64,000 nt of DNA from a bacterium UBP11_UBA4055 (GTDB lineage: Bacteria > UBA4055). A program made the position numbers and the translations under genes. The stretch covers positions 93 through 64,092 of the forward strand of contig DFZN01000044.1 of the NCBI GenBank assembly GCA_002382735.1, given 5' to 3'. This document shows, one piece after another, positions 33,693-43,642 of this stretch (its first letter is position 1; each line of letters opens with the position of its first letter). Under the pieces are notes generated by a model, which searched no databases, was not told the DNA's origin, and was given only the letters and a program-made list of their open reading frames with translations.

Positions 33693-35243
33693 TTATTCAT
33701 CATTACCTCCGAATACGGGCGGGGTGATTCCGAGTTCTTTGCACTGCGCGATGATCTTTTTGTCTGTGAGTTTTATGTCAGCTTCGATGTTTTTGAGTTC
33801 CTGCGCGATCTTATCGAGGTCAATTTCGTCTTCCTCTTCGAATGTATCGACATATCTTGGAATGTTGAGGTTGTAGTCGTTCTGCCTGATCTGTTCTATT
33901 GAGGCTGAGTGCGAGTATTTTTCTTCCTCTTTTCTGTTCCTGTATGTGCTTATGATCTTTTCGACATCTTCATCGCGTAGATTGCTCTGATTTTTGGCTT
34001 TTTCGTAAGACCGGCTTGCGTCTATGAAGTGTATGCTGTCGGATTCTGTTCTGCATTTTTTGAATACGAGGATGACTGTGGGTATTGATGTTCCGTAAAA
34101 GATGTTCGCGGGCAGTCCGATGACGGCATCGAGCCAGTTCTTTTCCTCAATGATGTATTTTCTGATCTCGCCTTCCGCTGCTCCTCTGAATAGTACTCCG
34201 TGCGGTAAGACTATTGCCATTGTTCCGTTCTCGTCAAGCTGATAGAGCATGTGCTGAACGAATGCGAAGTCCGCCTTTGTTTTCGGCGCGAGTTTTCCGT
34301 ACGGGCTGAATCTTTCGTCCGATAAGAAGGTCTGGTTTGCCGCCCAGTGCGCGGAGAATGGCGGATTGGCTACTACTGCCTCAAAGCGTTTGTCCAGGTC
34401 GTGCGGTTCTTCGAGAGTGTCTCCCTGCGTTATGTGAAAATCGTTGTATTTGACCGAATGGAGTATCATATTCATTCTCGCCAGGTTGAAAGTGGTGGTG
34501 TTTAATTCCTGCCCGTAGAAGTCCGATACTTTACATTCCTTCGATACCCTGAGTAAGAGCGATCCCGAGCCGCAGGTTGGGTCATATACCGATCTGAGTC
34601 TTTCTTTGCCTGTCGTGACGATCTTTGCCAGTATTTTTGATACCTGCTGGGGCGTATAGAACTCACCCGCTTTCTTTCCCGCTCCGCTCGCGAACTGTGA
34701 GATTAAATATTCATAAGCGTCGCCGAGTACATCCGCCTCTGTGTCCTCAAGCCTGAAATCAACTTCCGCTATGTGCTTGATAACTTCCGAAATGAGCTTG
34801 TTCTTCAGCTCGACCGTTCTTCCGAGCTTTGTCGAAGTAAGATCAACATCCTCAAAAAGTCCCGCGAAATCCTCCTCGCTCTTATGGCCGATGGTTGCTT
34901 CCTCCACCGATTTTAATGCCTTGCCGAGATCTTCAATTACAAACTCCCTGTTCCTTGCCCTTTCCGCTATCCTGCTGAATAAGTTTGCTGGTAAAATAAA
35001 AAAGCCCATATCTTCGATACATTCCTCTTTTAAGTCATGCGAAAGCTCTTTATCCTTCATAGCCTCTTCAAAGCTCAATTTGTCCGATTTTAGCTCATCT
35101 GAAACGAATTTCTCGATCTTTTCCGATAAGAATTTATAAAAAATAAAGCCGAGGATATAGTCCCTGAATTCATCCGCACCCATATTTCCGCGTAAAGTGT
35201 TCGCTATGTCCCATAATTTCTGTTCGAGCTTCTGCTTTGTCAT
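33693..35243 (-). CDS. hsdM: Type I restriction-modification DNA methyltransferase subunit HsdM (N6-adenine)
   Basis: N-terminal HsdM_N-like region, SAM-binding DPTCGSGSLL, catalytic motif IV VVANPPFS. Confidence 0.9.
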   Translation of the reverse strand: MTKQKLEQKLWDIANTLRGNMGADEFRDYILGFIFYKFLSEKIEKFVSDELKSDKLSFEEAMKDKELSHDLKEECIEDMGFFILPANLFSRIAERARNREFVIEDLGKALKSVEEATIGHKSEEDFAGLFEDVDLTSTKLGRTVELKNKLISEVIKHIAEVDFRLEDTEADVLGDAYEYLISQFASGAGKKAGEFYTPQQVSKILAKIVTTGKERLRSVYDPTCGSGSLLLRVSKECKVSDFYGQELNTTTFNLARMNMILHSVKYNDFHITQGDTLEEPHDLDKRFEAVVANPPFSAHWAANQTFLSDERFSPYGKLAPKTKADFAFVQHMLYQLDENGTMAIVLPHGVLFRGAAEGEIRKYIIEEKNWLDAVIGLPANIFYGTSIPTVILVFKKCRTESDSIHFIDASRSYEKAKNQSNLRDEDVEKIISTYRNRKEEEKYSHSASIEQIRQNDYNLNIPRYVDTFEEEDEIDLDKIAQELKNIEADIKLTDKKIIAQCKELGITPPVFGGNDE

Positions 35244-35250
35244 TTATTGC

Positions 35251-38076
35251 CTACCATTTATATTTATTCACGATGCTTTCTATGCTGTTTTCGAGTTGTT
35301 CGATCTTTCTTTTCCGTTCCGAAAGTTTAAGATTGCCGACGAGTGCCGATTTGATCTTATCGCGCTGGAATTTGTTTGAAAATTCATATTCCTCGACCAC
35401 TGCGTAAACGAGTGCTTTATCAAGCTTTTCCGATCTTATCATCGCCCCTATCTCTTTTTCCTTTTCCTTTGAGATGAATTTGTCGAATTCTTCCTCCACA
35501 TTCGCGTCTGTGCCCAGTTCAGGCAGGTTTTCCTTAATGAACCTTTCGATCAGTTCGCGCTTGCTTCTGAGTTCGTCCGAGCCTTCCATGGTCTTTAAGA
35601 TAAATTCCACATCTTTACTAAATCCGGAATCGTTCATGTCGAGGTCTTTTAACAGCTTTAAGATATAATCCACATTGATATCGTCCCTGCGCACGAGTTC
35701 GACTTCAAAATCAAGGTCTTTTAAGATAGATTCCTTATCAGGGTCTTTCGTTTCGTCGCGAATGTCTAAATATTTGCTCCTGTAATCCTCAAATTCCTGC
35801 CTTGATATGGAAAGGTCGTCATATTCAAATTCGGTGAAGGTCACAAGTCTGTTCATGATGCGTAAGAGGTTCCTGAAAGCTTTGACGAAAAGTGCTTTCT
35901 GCTCATCGCCTTCGAGCCTGTCAACCGAATCTATTGTCGGCGTAAGGTTTTTTAATTCTTCGAGCGCATTGTTAAAATCTACCGCGTATTCCGTGTAGGC
36001 TTTCATAAGTACGGTTTCAATGGCTTCGGGATTGGAAAATAGTGCTATCGCTTCGTCTGTTCTTTTCTTGAGATTTCTGAAGCAGACGATATTGCCGTAT
36101 TTCTTCTTTTCCCCAAGCACCCTGTTCGTTCTTGAAAATGCCTGAATCAGCCCGTGATAGCGCAGGTTCTTATCCACATACAGAGTATTGGTATAAACGC
36201 TGTCGAATCCCGTTAAGAACATATTGACGACAAGCAGAATGTCTATCTTCTTTTCCTTCACCTTTTTGGAAATATCCACAAAATATGCGTTGAAGCCGTT
36301 GTCCTTGTTCAGGTCGAAGTTGGTCTTGAAAGTTTTGTTATAGTCATCCACGATCAGATCGAGCTTTTCTCTCGGGTGGACCTGCCTGTCGCCGTAAATT
36401 GCCTGATCCTCCGCAACCATGCTCATGTATTCTTTCTGCTTATAGTTCCCGTACTGATCCTCAAGCTCCTCGTTTGCCTGATATGAAAAGATGGTCGCTA
36501 TGTTCAAATTATGCTTCTTATGCCTGAAAAGTTCATAGTATTTCAAAAGCGTGTCTATCGAGCTCACCGCGAAAATCGCATTGTATTCCCTGTTATATGT
36601 CTTTCTGTCGTGATTCTTTATAATAAAATCAGCTATGTTGGACAGCCTTTCATCCGCCGAAAAAACCTCATCCTTATTTATGCCTTTGACCTTATCCATT
36701 TCATCCACATCAATATCATCGCCGTTCTCTTCTTTTAAAAATTTTGACCTGAAAGTGGAATAGTACTCGACGGAAAAACCGAGCACATTATCATCGTCTA
36801 TAGCATCCTTAATGATATATTTGTGCAAACATGAACCGAAAAGATCCTTCGTGGTAGTAAACCCGACGCTGTTCTCCTCGAATATCGGAGTGCCCGTAAA
36901 GCCGAAGAAAAGCCTGTTCTTAAAATAATCTTTTATCCTTTTGTGGGTTTCCCCGAACTGGCTCCTGTGGCATTCGTCAAAAATAAATATTATGCGCTTG
37001 TTGCTTACATCGCCGAGCCTGTTGTTGAATTTGACCCTGCTGACAGCATTGTTGAGCTTCTGTATCGTTGTTATGATAAGCTTCGTCTTTTCGTCGGAAA
37101 GCTGTTTAACGAGCATTTTTGTGTCGTCTGTGGCGTCAACCGAGCCTTTCGAGAATTTGTTGAACTCCTTCATGGTCTGGAAGTCGAGATCTTTCCTGTC
37201 AACGACGAAGACGACCTTGTCAACATCCTTGTCGGCGGTGATGATCTGGCTGGCCTTGAATGAAGTGAGCGTTTTGCCCGAGCCTGTCGTGTGCCAGATG
37301 TAGCCGTTCCGGTCAACTTTGCCCGCCACGCGCTTGATTATCTTTTCAGCTGCGAAATACTGGTAAGGTCTGAGCACCATTAGGAATTTATCCGATTCGT
37401 TGAGGACTATGTATTTTGAGATCACTTTGGCGAGATGGCATTTTTCCAGGAAAATATCCGCGAATTCGTTCAGCCTGTTGAATTTTTCGTTCTTTTCATC
37501 CGTCCAGCAGAAGCTTTGCTTGAAGTTTAGAGTTCTGTTGTTCGCGAAATATCTTGTGTTGACCCCGTTTGAAATGATGAAAAGCTGGAGGTATAAAAAG
37601 AGGCCTCTGAACGAATGATCTTTGTAGCGGCATATCTGGTTAAACGCCTCTTTAAGTTCTATGCCGCGCCTTTTCAGCTCGATCTGGACGAGCGGCAGCC
37701 CGTTGATCAAAATAGTCACATCGTAGCGGTTCTTGTACCTCTCCGCCATATTTATCTGGTTTGATGCCTGGAATTCGTTCTTGCACCATTCTTCGGTGTT
37801 GAAAAATTCAATGTAGGAAAGCGTATCGTCGTCTCTGTACAGCTCGAACTTGTTGCGCAGTTTCTTCGATTTATCGAATATCGTTCCGCCGTCAAGGTGA
37901 TTAAGTATCTTATTAAATTCTGATTTGGAGAAAGTGGTCTTATTGTGCTTTTCGAGCTGAGTTTTAAAGTTCGCCGTCAGATCTTTTTCATCGTGCAGAA
38001 TGATCTTTTCATAGCCCTGAATTTGCAGCTGTTCGATGAGTTTTTTCTCTAAAGTCGCTTCCGATTGAATGCACAT
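35251..38076 (-). CDS. hsdR: Type I restriction endonuclease subunit HsdR (SF2 helicase-nuclease)
   Basis: Walker A HTTGSGKTLTSF, DEAH-like IFDECHRSQ, N-terminal PD-(D/E)xK region. 941 aa. 7-bp gap to hsdM. Confidence 0.9.
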   Translation of the reverse strand: MCIQSEATLEKKLIEQLQIQGYEKIILHDEKDLTANFKTQLEKHNKTTFSKSEFNKILNHLDGGTIFDKSKKLRNKFELYRDDDTLSYIEFFNTEEWCKNEFQASNQINMAERYKNRYDVTILINGLPLVQIELKRRGIELKEAFNQICRYKDHSFRGLFLYLQLFIISNGVNTRYFANNRTLNFKQSFCWTDEKNEKFNRLNEFADIFLEKCHLAKVISKYIVLNESDKFLMVLRPYQYFAAEKIIKRVAGKVDRNGYIWHTTGSGKTLTSFKASQIITADKDVDKVVFVVDRKDLDFQTMKEFNKFSKGSVDATDDTKMLVKQLSDEKTKLIITTIQKLNNAVSRVKFNNRLGDVSNKRIIFIFDECHRSQFGETHKRIKDYFKNRLFFGFTGTPIFEENSVGFTTTKDLFGSCLHKYIIKDAIDDDNVLGFSVEYYSTFRSKFLKEENGDDIDVDEMDKVKGINKDEVFSADERLSNIADFIIKNHDRKTYNREYNAIFAVSSIDTLLKYYELFRHKKHNLNIATIFSYQANEELEDQYGNYKQKEYMSMVAEDQAIYGDRQVHPREKLDLIVDDYNKTFKTNFDLNKDNGFNAYFVDISKKVKEKKIDILLVVNMFLTGFDSVYTNTLYVDKNLRYHGLIQAFSRTNRVLGEKKKYGNIVCFRNLKKRTDEAIALFSNPEAIETVLMKAYTEYAVDFNNALEELKNLTPTIDSVDRLEGDEQKALFVKAFRNLLRIMNRLVTFTEFEYDDLSISRQEFEDYRSKYLDIRDETKDPDKESILKDLDFEVELVRRDDINVDYILKLLKDLDMNDSGFSKDVEFILKTMEGSDELRSKRELIERFIKENLPELGTDANVEEEFDKFISKEKEKEIGAMIRSEKLDKALVYAVVEEYEFSNKFQRDKIKSALVGNLKLSERKRKIEQLENSIESIVNKYKW

Positions 38077-38082
38077 AGGCTT

Positions 38083-39162
38083 TTATTTATCTCCGTATAA
38101 TGCCATTTCTTCTTTGACCATGAGTTTTTCAAGCTGTTCTTCGGTAGGCAGGTAAAGTTTGTACTTTGAGGCAAAGAGCTTCTTTCCGTCCGCAAGGACT
38201 GAGTATTTTGCTATTGTTTCGTTTTTCTCGCTGCAGAGTATCAGACCTATTGTCGGATTGTCGTCCTCTGATCTGAATTTTTCTTCAAAGATCCTGACAT
38301 AAGAGTCCATTTGTCCGACATCCTGATGCGTAAGCTTTCCTCTTTTCAGGTCTATGAGCACAAAACATTTGAGTTTGTAATTGTAGAATACAAGGTCTAT
38401 ATAAAAATGCTCACCGTCCATATCAATATGTTTCTGCCTGGCAACGAAAGAAAATCCGCTTCCGAGTTCAAGCAGGAATTGGGCAAGATTGTCGAGTAAA
38501 GCTGTTTCAAGCTCGGTTTCGGTAAATTCTTTTCTATTTTTCAGTCCGGCGAATTCAAGTACATACGGGTCTTTGAGAATATCATCGGATTCGAGATTTC
38601 TTGTATTCTCTTTAGCTTCTTCTATTACCGGTTTTTTGTTACGGCCGGAAAGCAATCGTTCGTAATAAAAGCTGTTGATCTGTCTTTCGAGAGCTCTGGT
38701 TGACCAATTCTCGCTTATTGCTTCCTTCATGTACCATTGGCGGGCTTTTTCGTCCTCTACTTTGAGCAAATGACGGTAATGAGTCCAGCTTAATTCTGTA
38801 CTGACCGAGTTCGGCAATGGAGATTTGGAACTCACTGCGTTCCGAATTGGAAAGAATATAAAAAACTGCCTCATATACCGCAAATTTCTCTCGTCATATC
38901 CCTCGCCGAATTCCGCGGTAAGTTTCTCAGAAAGATGTCTGAGTGTTTCTTTTCCATACTCAGCTCTTTTTTCTCCTTTGAGCTCATCTTCGACAATAAT
39001 TTTGCCTATGTTCCAGTAAGTAATGACCATTGTGGTGTTGACAGCGGTTCTTACCTGCTTTCTCGATTCAGCTATCAGTTCTGCAATCTGCTTATATATA
39101 TCGTTTTTTGTAAACTTATTCATCATTTCCTCCGAATACGGGGTGATTCCGACTGAATGCAC
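38083..39162 (-). CDS. DUF1016 (YhcG-like) protein, copy 2; true start probably Met-Met at about 39125
   Basis: Paralogue of 32484..33578 (GSGFSFVARQKHIDMDGEHFYIDLVFYNYKLKCFVLIDLKRGKLTHQD). The first ~13 annotated codons (HSVGITPYSEE) derive from a remnant of an hsdM 3' end (compare 33699-33740 with 39115-39152). Confidence 0.65.
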   Translation of the reverse strand: MHSVGITPYSEEMMNKFTKNDIYKQIAELIAESRKQVRTAVNTTMVITYWNIGKIIVEDELKGEKRAEYGKETLRHLSEKLTAEFGEGYDERNLRYMRQFFIFFPIRNAVSSKSPLPNSVSTELSWTHYRHLLKVEDEKARQWYMKEAISENWSTRALERQINSFYYERLLSGRNKKPVIEEAKENTRNLESDDILKDPYVLEFAGLKNRKEFTETELETALLDNLAQFLLELGSGFSFVARQKHIDMDGEHFYIDLVFYNYKLKCFVLIDLKRGKLTHQDVGQMDSYVRIFEEKFRSEDDNPTIGLILCSEKNETIAKYSVLADGKKLFASKYKLYLPTEEQLEKLMVKEEMALYGDK

Positions 39163-39278
39163 ATTTGCGCCAAAACCTCTTAGTTTCCGATATTCACATC
39201 AAAGAATATATTTCAAGTCTTTTATTTAGTCAAAGGAATTAATAATGAAAAAGGGCGGTAAAAAACCGCCCTGAGAGT

Positions 39279-40565
39279 TTAGTACTCCAGAAATCCTTTC
39301 ATGGCTTCTTTCATGTACCAGTGGTCGTCCACTCCGGCCGTTTCGCGCGCCGAGTGCATCGCGAGCATAGCGTTGCCCACATCGACCGTCCTGATGCCGA
39401 TGTTATTGGCTATCATTGAGCCTATAGTCCCGCCGCCGCGAACATCCGACCTGTTCACGAATTTCTGGTAAGGTAATTTTTTTGCGGCGCATATCATTTC
39501 AAAAACCGCTGAAGATTCTATCGTTGTGGCGTAACTTGTGTTCGCGTTGACCTTGATAACAGGTCCCTTGTTCAGATAAACCCTGTTTAAATTGTCGAAC
39601 TTGCCTAAATAATTAGGATGAACGGCGTGCGCTCCGTCCGCGCTCATGAAATAAGATCCGGCTATTGATCTGAGGTAACTTTCCTTATGGAAATCTGTCA
39701 GTCTGGCAAGAATGTCTTCGGTGAAAGACGATTTTCCGCCGTTGGTGGTCGATGAGCCGACCTCTTCATTGTCGTAAAGCGCGATCAGCATCGTAGCGTC
39801 TGTCTCTTCAGCTTCAAGTAGTGCTTCGATCGATGCGTGTACCATGGACTTGTTGTCGATCCCCCTGTTCATAATGAATTCTTCATCATATCCGCAGACT
39901 ATGCCCTTCTGGACTGCATACAGTTCAAGATCGTAATTAACGATATCGAATGTTTTTATCTTAAGTTTTTTCGCTATCATCTCTTTTATGAACTTATCGT
40001 CAAGTTCTTTTTCGCTCAGACCCGCCACCGGAACCATATGCTCCTGAGGATTGAGCTTGATTGCTTCGTTCACTTCCCTGTTGTAATGGATCGCCAGCTG
40101 CGGTATGGAAAGAACAGGTTTTTCAAGGTCTATCAGCTTTATTTCATAGCTATTATTCATCCTGACGACTACTTTTCCCGCAAGAGACAGCTCTCTGTCA
40201 AGCCAGCTTGAATAGATGGGCCCGCCGTAAACTTCGGTTGAAAGCTGTATATACCCTTCCTTTACAAAGACCGATCTGGGTTTAAGCTTGAATGAAGGTG
40301 AATCCGTATGCGATCCTATGATCCTGAAACCTGCTTTTGTAGGGTCTTTTTTTCCAAAAACACCTGCAATGAGAGCGGAATCATGTCTTACGATATAGAA
40401 TTTATCTCCTTTCCTGAACTTCCACGATTCTCTTTCGCACAATTTCTTAAATCCTTCCGCGGTCAATCTTTTTTCACATTCTGCGACACAGTGCGAAGCA
40501 GTGGGTGAAGCATCAATGAACTGATTAAGCTCTTTTGCCAGTTTAAGCATTCCTTTTCTGCTCAT
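39279..40565 (-). CDS. M18-family aminopeptidase
   Basis: N-terminal LNQFIDASPTASHCV, 428 aa, typical of the M18 aspartyl aminopeptidase family. Contains IGSHTDSP and the C-terminal metal-binding region. Confidence 0.75.
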   Translation of the reverse strand: MSRKGMLKLAKELNQFIDASPTASHCVAECEKRLTAEGFKKLCERESWKFRKGDKFYIVRHDSALIAGVFGKKDPTKAGFRIIGSHTDSPSFKLKPRSVFVKEGYIQLSTEVYGGPIYSSWLDRELSLAGKVVVRMNNSYEIKLIDLEKPVLSIPQLAIHYNREVNEAIKLNPQEHMVPVAGLSEKELDDKFIKEMIAKKLKIKTFDIVNYDLELYAVQKGIVCGYDEEFIMNRGIDNKSMVHASIEALLEAEETDATMLIALYDNEEVGSSTTNGGKSSFTEDILARLTDFHKESYLRSIAGSYFMSADGAHAVHPNYLGKFDNLNRVYLNKGPVIKVNANTSYATTIESSAVFEMICAAKKLPYQKFVNRSDVRGGGTIGSMIANNIGIRTVDVGNAMLAMHSARETAGVDDHWYMKEAMKGFLEY

Positions 40566-40580
40566 AACATCTGCCTTATT

Positions 40581-42236
40581 TTATTTTAACATTAACATTT
40601 TTTTTGTTAATTCTCTTCCCTCCGAGTCTCTCAGAACATAGTGGTAAACTCCAGATGACAGTCCTTCTCCGTTGAACTCGAATGTATGCCTTCCCTTTTT
40701 ATACAGTCCTTCTCCGAGAACAGCGATCTGAGCACCGGCGTTATCGTGAACTGCCAGTTTTACAAATTCATCACTTTCAAGTGTGAAATTAATGGTTGTA
40801 ACAGGATTAAAAGGGTTAGGATAATTCTGCTCAAGTGTAATTCCGTACGGCAAATTCGAATCATCTTCTTCTATCCCGACGGTGGCTAGTTCTATATTGA
40901 GAATTGTTGCGAGACTGTCCTTAACTTCTATATTTGTAATGTACATAGGCTCACAACCGTATGCCGTAACATTCAGATTGTATATCCCCGGCTTTAAAAT
41001 TTTAAAATACTCTCCCGTAACAGAATCACTTAAGTAATCTTTATCAATACCGTCAAATCTGAGTGTAGCTTCAACTGGTGCTGTAAATTCCCCCAGCCTG
41101 CTTGTAACGATACCCTTCACTCCTCTGTGAACCGACATCAGATACCAAAACATAGAACTCCTGTTATCTGCCCAATATGAGGGTATAGACGAATATGCCG
41201 GCCACTTTGTGTATGAAATTTCCATCGTGACATCCATAGCGCCGTAGTAGTGATAGTTCCAGTCCTGCATTCCGCCTGTAATCTCATACCACTCGCAACC
41301 GTTCGTTATACCGTTATCGAAATCAACCATAGCCGGATTCCTGTCGGCGTATCCTCTTGAGATAAAAACAAAATGGCTGTCATCGGGACAGGGCGCGTAT
41401 TGACCGCTGTTGTAAACTGGATCGGCGTCCCAAGGATAATTTGCGACTATTGCGCCTCCATGAAAATTCGCCGACATTACAAATTTTCTTTCGTTGTTCC
41501 AGTTTATCATGGCGGCTACTTCAGGTTGTTTTCCCGAAGTAGTGTTTGTCTGGTCGTATATCCTTTCAGGGAATGATCTGTTCAGATCAACTCCGTTTGC
41601 GTTATTCCTGCTGCCGGCTTCGTTCCCGTCCGGATTGTGGAGAGGTAAAACAAACAGTTCAGTTTCGTTCACGATGTAAGTCATAGTATCGTTCTCTGCA
41701 AGATAGCCTTCAATTACATCATAAATCAGCTCCATGCACATTTCCATGCCTACCACTTCGTCTCCGTGTATCGTAGAACTGAATTTGAACTCCGGTTCGT
41801 TTTCGTCATCGTTCACATTATCTGATATCTTTATTGCCCACAAAGGTCTTCCCTGAACCGAAGTGCCGACCTGGATCCTTTTGCAGAGATCAGGATAAGC
41901 TGTCTGAAGCGAATCGAGTTCAGAACCGATCGATACATTTGTGTGGTAACCTTTTGTTTTCTCCTCTTTTGTGCGTTCGTCCGTTATCACTTCAAGTTCA
42001 TAACCCATATCTCGGAGCTCTATTATCTGCATATCAGTGACATAGACCTGAAATGAATATATTTCTCCCAAATTTCTTATGCTTTCCCGGATCACATCGA
42101 AACCTTTCTCTGATAGCTGAGTTATCTGCTCTCTTCCTGCTGAAATTTTTGCATATTTATACTCATCGGCAAATCCGTGAACAGAGAAAGTAACTACAAT
42201 GATGATCAATATGACAGATCTTTCCATTAAATTCAT
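40581..42236 (-). CDS. M14-family zinc carboxypeptidase with T9SS C-terminal sorting domain
   Basis: Signal peptide; HGDEVVGMEM (M14 HxxE zinc site); C-terminal LEQNYPNPFNPVTTINFTL matches the Por/T9SS sorting-domain consensus. Confidence 0.7.
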   Translation of the reverse strand: MNLMERSVILIIIVVTFSVHGFADEYKYAKISAGREQITQLSEKGFDVIRESIRNLGEIYSFQVYVTDMQIIELRDMGYELEVITDERTKEEKTKGYHTNVSIGSELDSLQTAYPDLCKRIQVGTSVQGRPLWAIKISDNVNDDENEPEFKFSSTIHGDEVVGMEMCMELIYDVIEGYLAENDTMTYIVNETELFVLPLHNPDGNEAGSRNNANGVDLNRSFPERIYDQTNTTSGKQPEVAAMINWNNERKFVMSANFHGGAIVANYPWDADPVYNSGQYAPCPDDSHFVFISRGYADRNPAMVDFDNGITNGCEWYEITGGMQDWNYHYYGAMDVTMEISYTKWPAYSSIPSYWADNRSSMFWYLMSVHRGVKGIVTSRLGEFTAPVEATLRFDGIDKDYLSDSVTGEYFKILKPGIYNLNVTAYGCEPMYITNIEVKDSLATILNIELATVGIEEDDSNLPYGITLEQNYPNPFNPVTTINFTLESDEFVKLAVHDNAGAQIAVLGEGLYKKGRHTFEFNGEGLSSGVYHYVLRDSEGRELTKKMLMLK

Positions 42237-42246
42237 TATATGCTCC

Positions 42247-42945
42247 TTAAAGCTGCCTTAACGAATCCACTAAAACAGTTTTTGAATTTGTTTTTTCATC
42301 CCGTTCCTTTATGATCCTTGCGGGCGCACCTGCCGCTACCATATTCGCGGGTACATCCTGCGTCACGACCGCTCCTGCCGCGATCACGGCTCTGTCGCCG
42401 ATCTGCACACCTTCAAGCACGACCGCGTTTGCTCCTATCATGACATCGTCGCCTATGACAACCGGCTTTGCTGAAGGCGGTTCGATCACTCCGGCGAGAA
42501 CGGTGCCGGCACCAATGTGGCAGTGCTTCCCGATGATCACTCTTCCCCCTACGACCGCGTTCATGTCGAGCATTGTGCCTTCTCCCACTACTGCACCGAG
42601 GTTCACAACAGCACCCATCATGATGACGCAGTTATTCCCTATTTCCGCGGTCTCCCTGATGTACGCCCCCGGCTCGATCCTGCAGTTGAGGGCTTTTATA
42701 TCCAGCATGGGAATGGCTGAATTTCTCCTGTCAGACTTGACCATAATATCTTCGATCACGGAGCTGTTTTTTATCAATATCGCCTCAACTTCCGGCCAGT
42801 CGCCGAAAACTGTTCCGAATTTAATTCCGCCGAAAAATTTCGTTCCTGAAAAATCTATATCTTTTAGATCGCCTTTCAGGTAAACTTCTACCGGAGTTTT
42901 CTTTTTTGAATTGGAGATCATATCGATCAAAGTCTGTGTAACCAT
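42247..42945 (-). CDS. dapH: Tetrahydrodipicolinate N-acetyltransferase (DapH-type, left-handed beta-helix hexapeptide acyltransferase)
   Basis: N-terminal [25 protein letters not shown] resembles Bacillus DapH. Hexapeptide repeats ([LIV]GxxxxI) throughout. Confidence 0.7.
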   Translation of the reverse strand: MVTQTLIDMISNSKKKTPVEVYLKGDLKDIDFSGTKFFGGIKFGTVFGDWPEVEAILIKNSSVIEDIMVKSDRRNSAIPMLDIKALNCRIEPGAYIRETAEIGNNCVIMMGAVVNLGAVVGEGTMLDMNAVVGGRVIIGKHCHIGAGTVLAGVIEPPSAKPVVIGDDVMIGANAVVLEGVQIGDRAVIAAGAVVTQDVPANMVAAGAPARIIKERDEKTNSKTVLVDSLRQL

Positions 42946-43014
42946 CAGTATCCCTGAATTTTCATTATTAAAATATCATAAATTTTTATGTTTTTAGCAA
43001 TCTTTTATTTTAGC

Positions 43015-43629
43015 TCATTTAGTGAAAAATGCCGCTTTCTCAAAAGATGCCGTTATATCCACCTGTTCAACAAACACACCAGGAATAGCCTTAACAGGGA
43101 TACAGGTGAAATTGATTATCGATCTTATTCCTGCAGCCACCATTTTCTCGGCTACTTCTTCCGTTGCGCTCTCATTTGTGCTTATAACACCGATCTTCAC
43201 ATTCCTTTCGCTGATCACCGAGGCCAGTTCGTCGGTATGGAAACATTTGGTGCCTCCTATATCCCTTCCCACCTTTTTCGGGTCGGTATCGAAAGCCGCA
43301 ACGAGACATAACTTAGCCTGCCTGTTCTTGAAAAAAGTTAAAAGAGCGCGACCCAGGTTACCTGCCCCTACGATCACTACATTCTCCCTGAACTCCGGAT
43401 CGAGAAAATCGGAAATATGTTTGATAAGTAGCTTTATGTTATAACCTTTTTTAGTCGATCCTGCATATCCGACGGACATCAGATCCCTTCTGACCTGAGC
43501 TGCGTTTGAATTGGCTATTTTGGCAAGATCGTGCGAAAAAATAAAATCCCTGCTTTTCTGCTCAACATAAAGCCGTCTTCTGTAAAGACTTAACCTCTCT
43601 ATCTTTTTCTCTGACATTTTAAGTATCAT
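43015..43629 (-). CDS. rex: Redox-sensing transcriptional repressor Rex
   Basis: ERLSLYRRRLY, winged-helix N-terminus, Rossmann GxGxxG in VVIVGAGNLGRAL. Confidence 0.85.
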   Translation of the reverse strand: MILKMSEKKIERLSLYRRRLYVEQKSRDFIFSHDLAKIANSNAAQVRRDLMSVGYAGSTKKGYNIKLLIKHISDFLDPEFRENVVIVGAGNLGRALLTFFKNRQAKLCLVAAFDTDPKKVGRDIGGTKCFHTDELASVISERNVKIGVISTNESATEEVAEKMVAAGIRSIINFTCIPVKAIPGVFVEQVDITASFEKAAFFTK

Positions 43630-43642
43630 GAATTAACCGCAG

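Noticed and set aside
34741-35139. 132-aa plus-strand ORF inside hsdM; likewise 36941..37303 and 36943..37263 inside hsdR
   Set aside because: Antisense shadow ORFs within strongly supported R-M genes. Ser/Leu-rich low-complexity translations.
42311-42883. 190-aa plus-strand ORF
   Set aside because: Antisense to the dapH hexapeptide-repeat gene. A Pro/Ala/Thr-rich translation is typical of shadow ORFs opposite GC-richer coding sequence.
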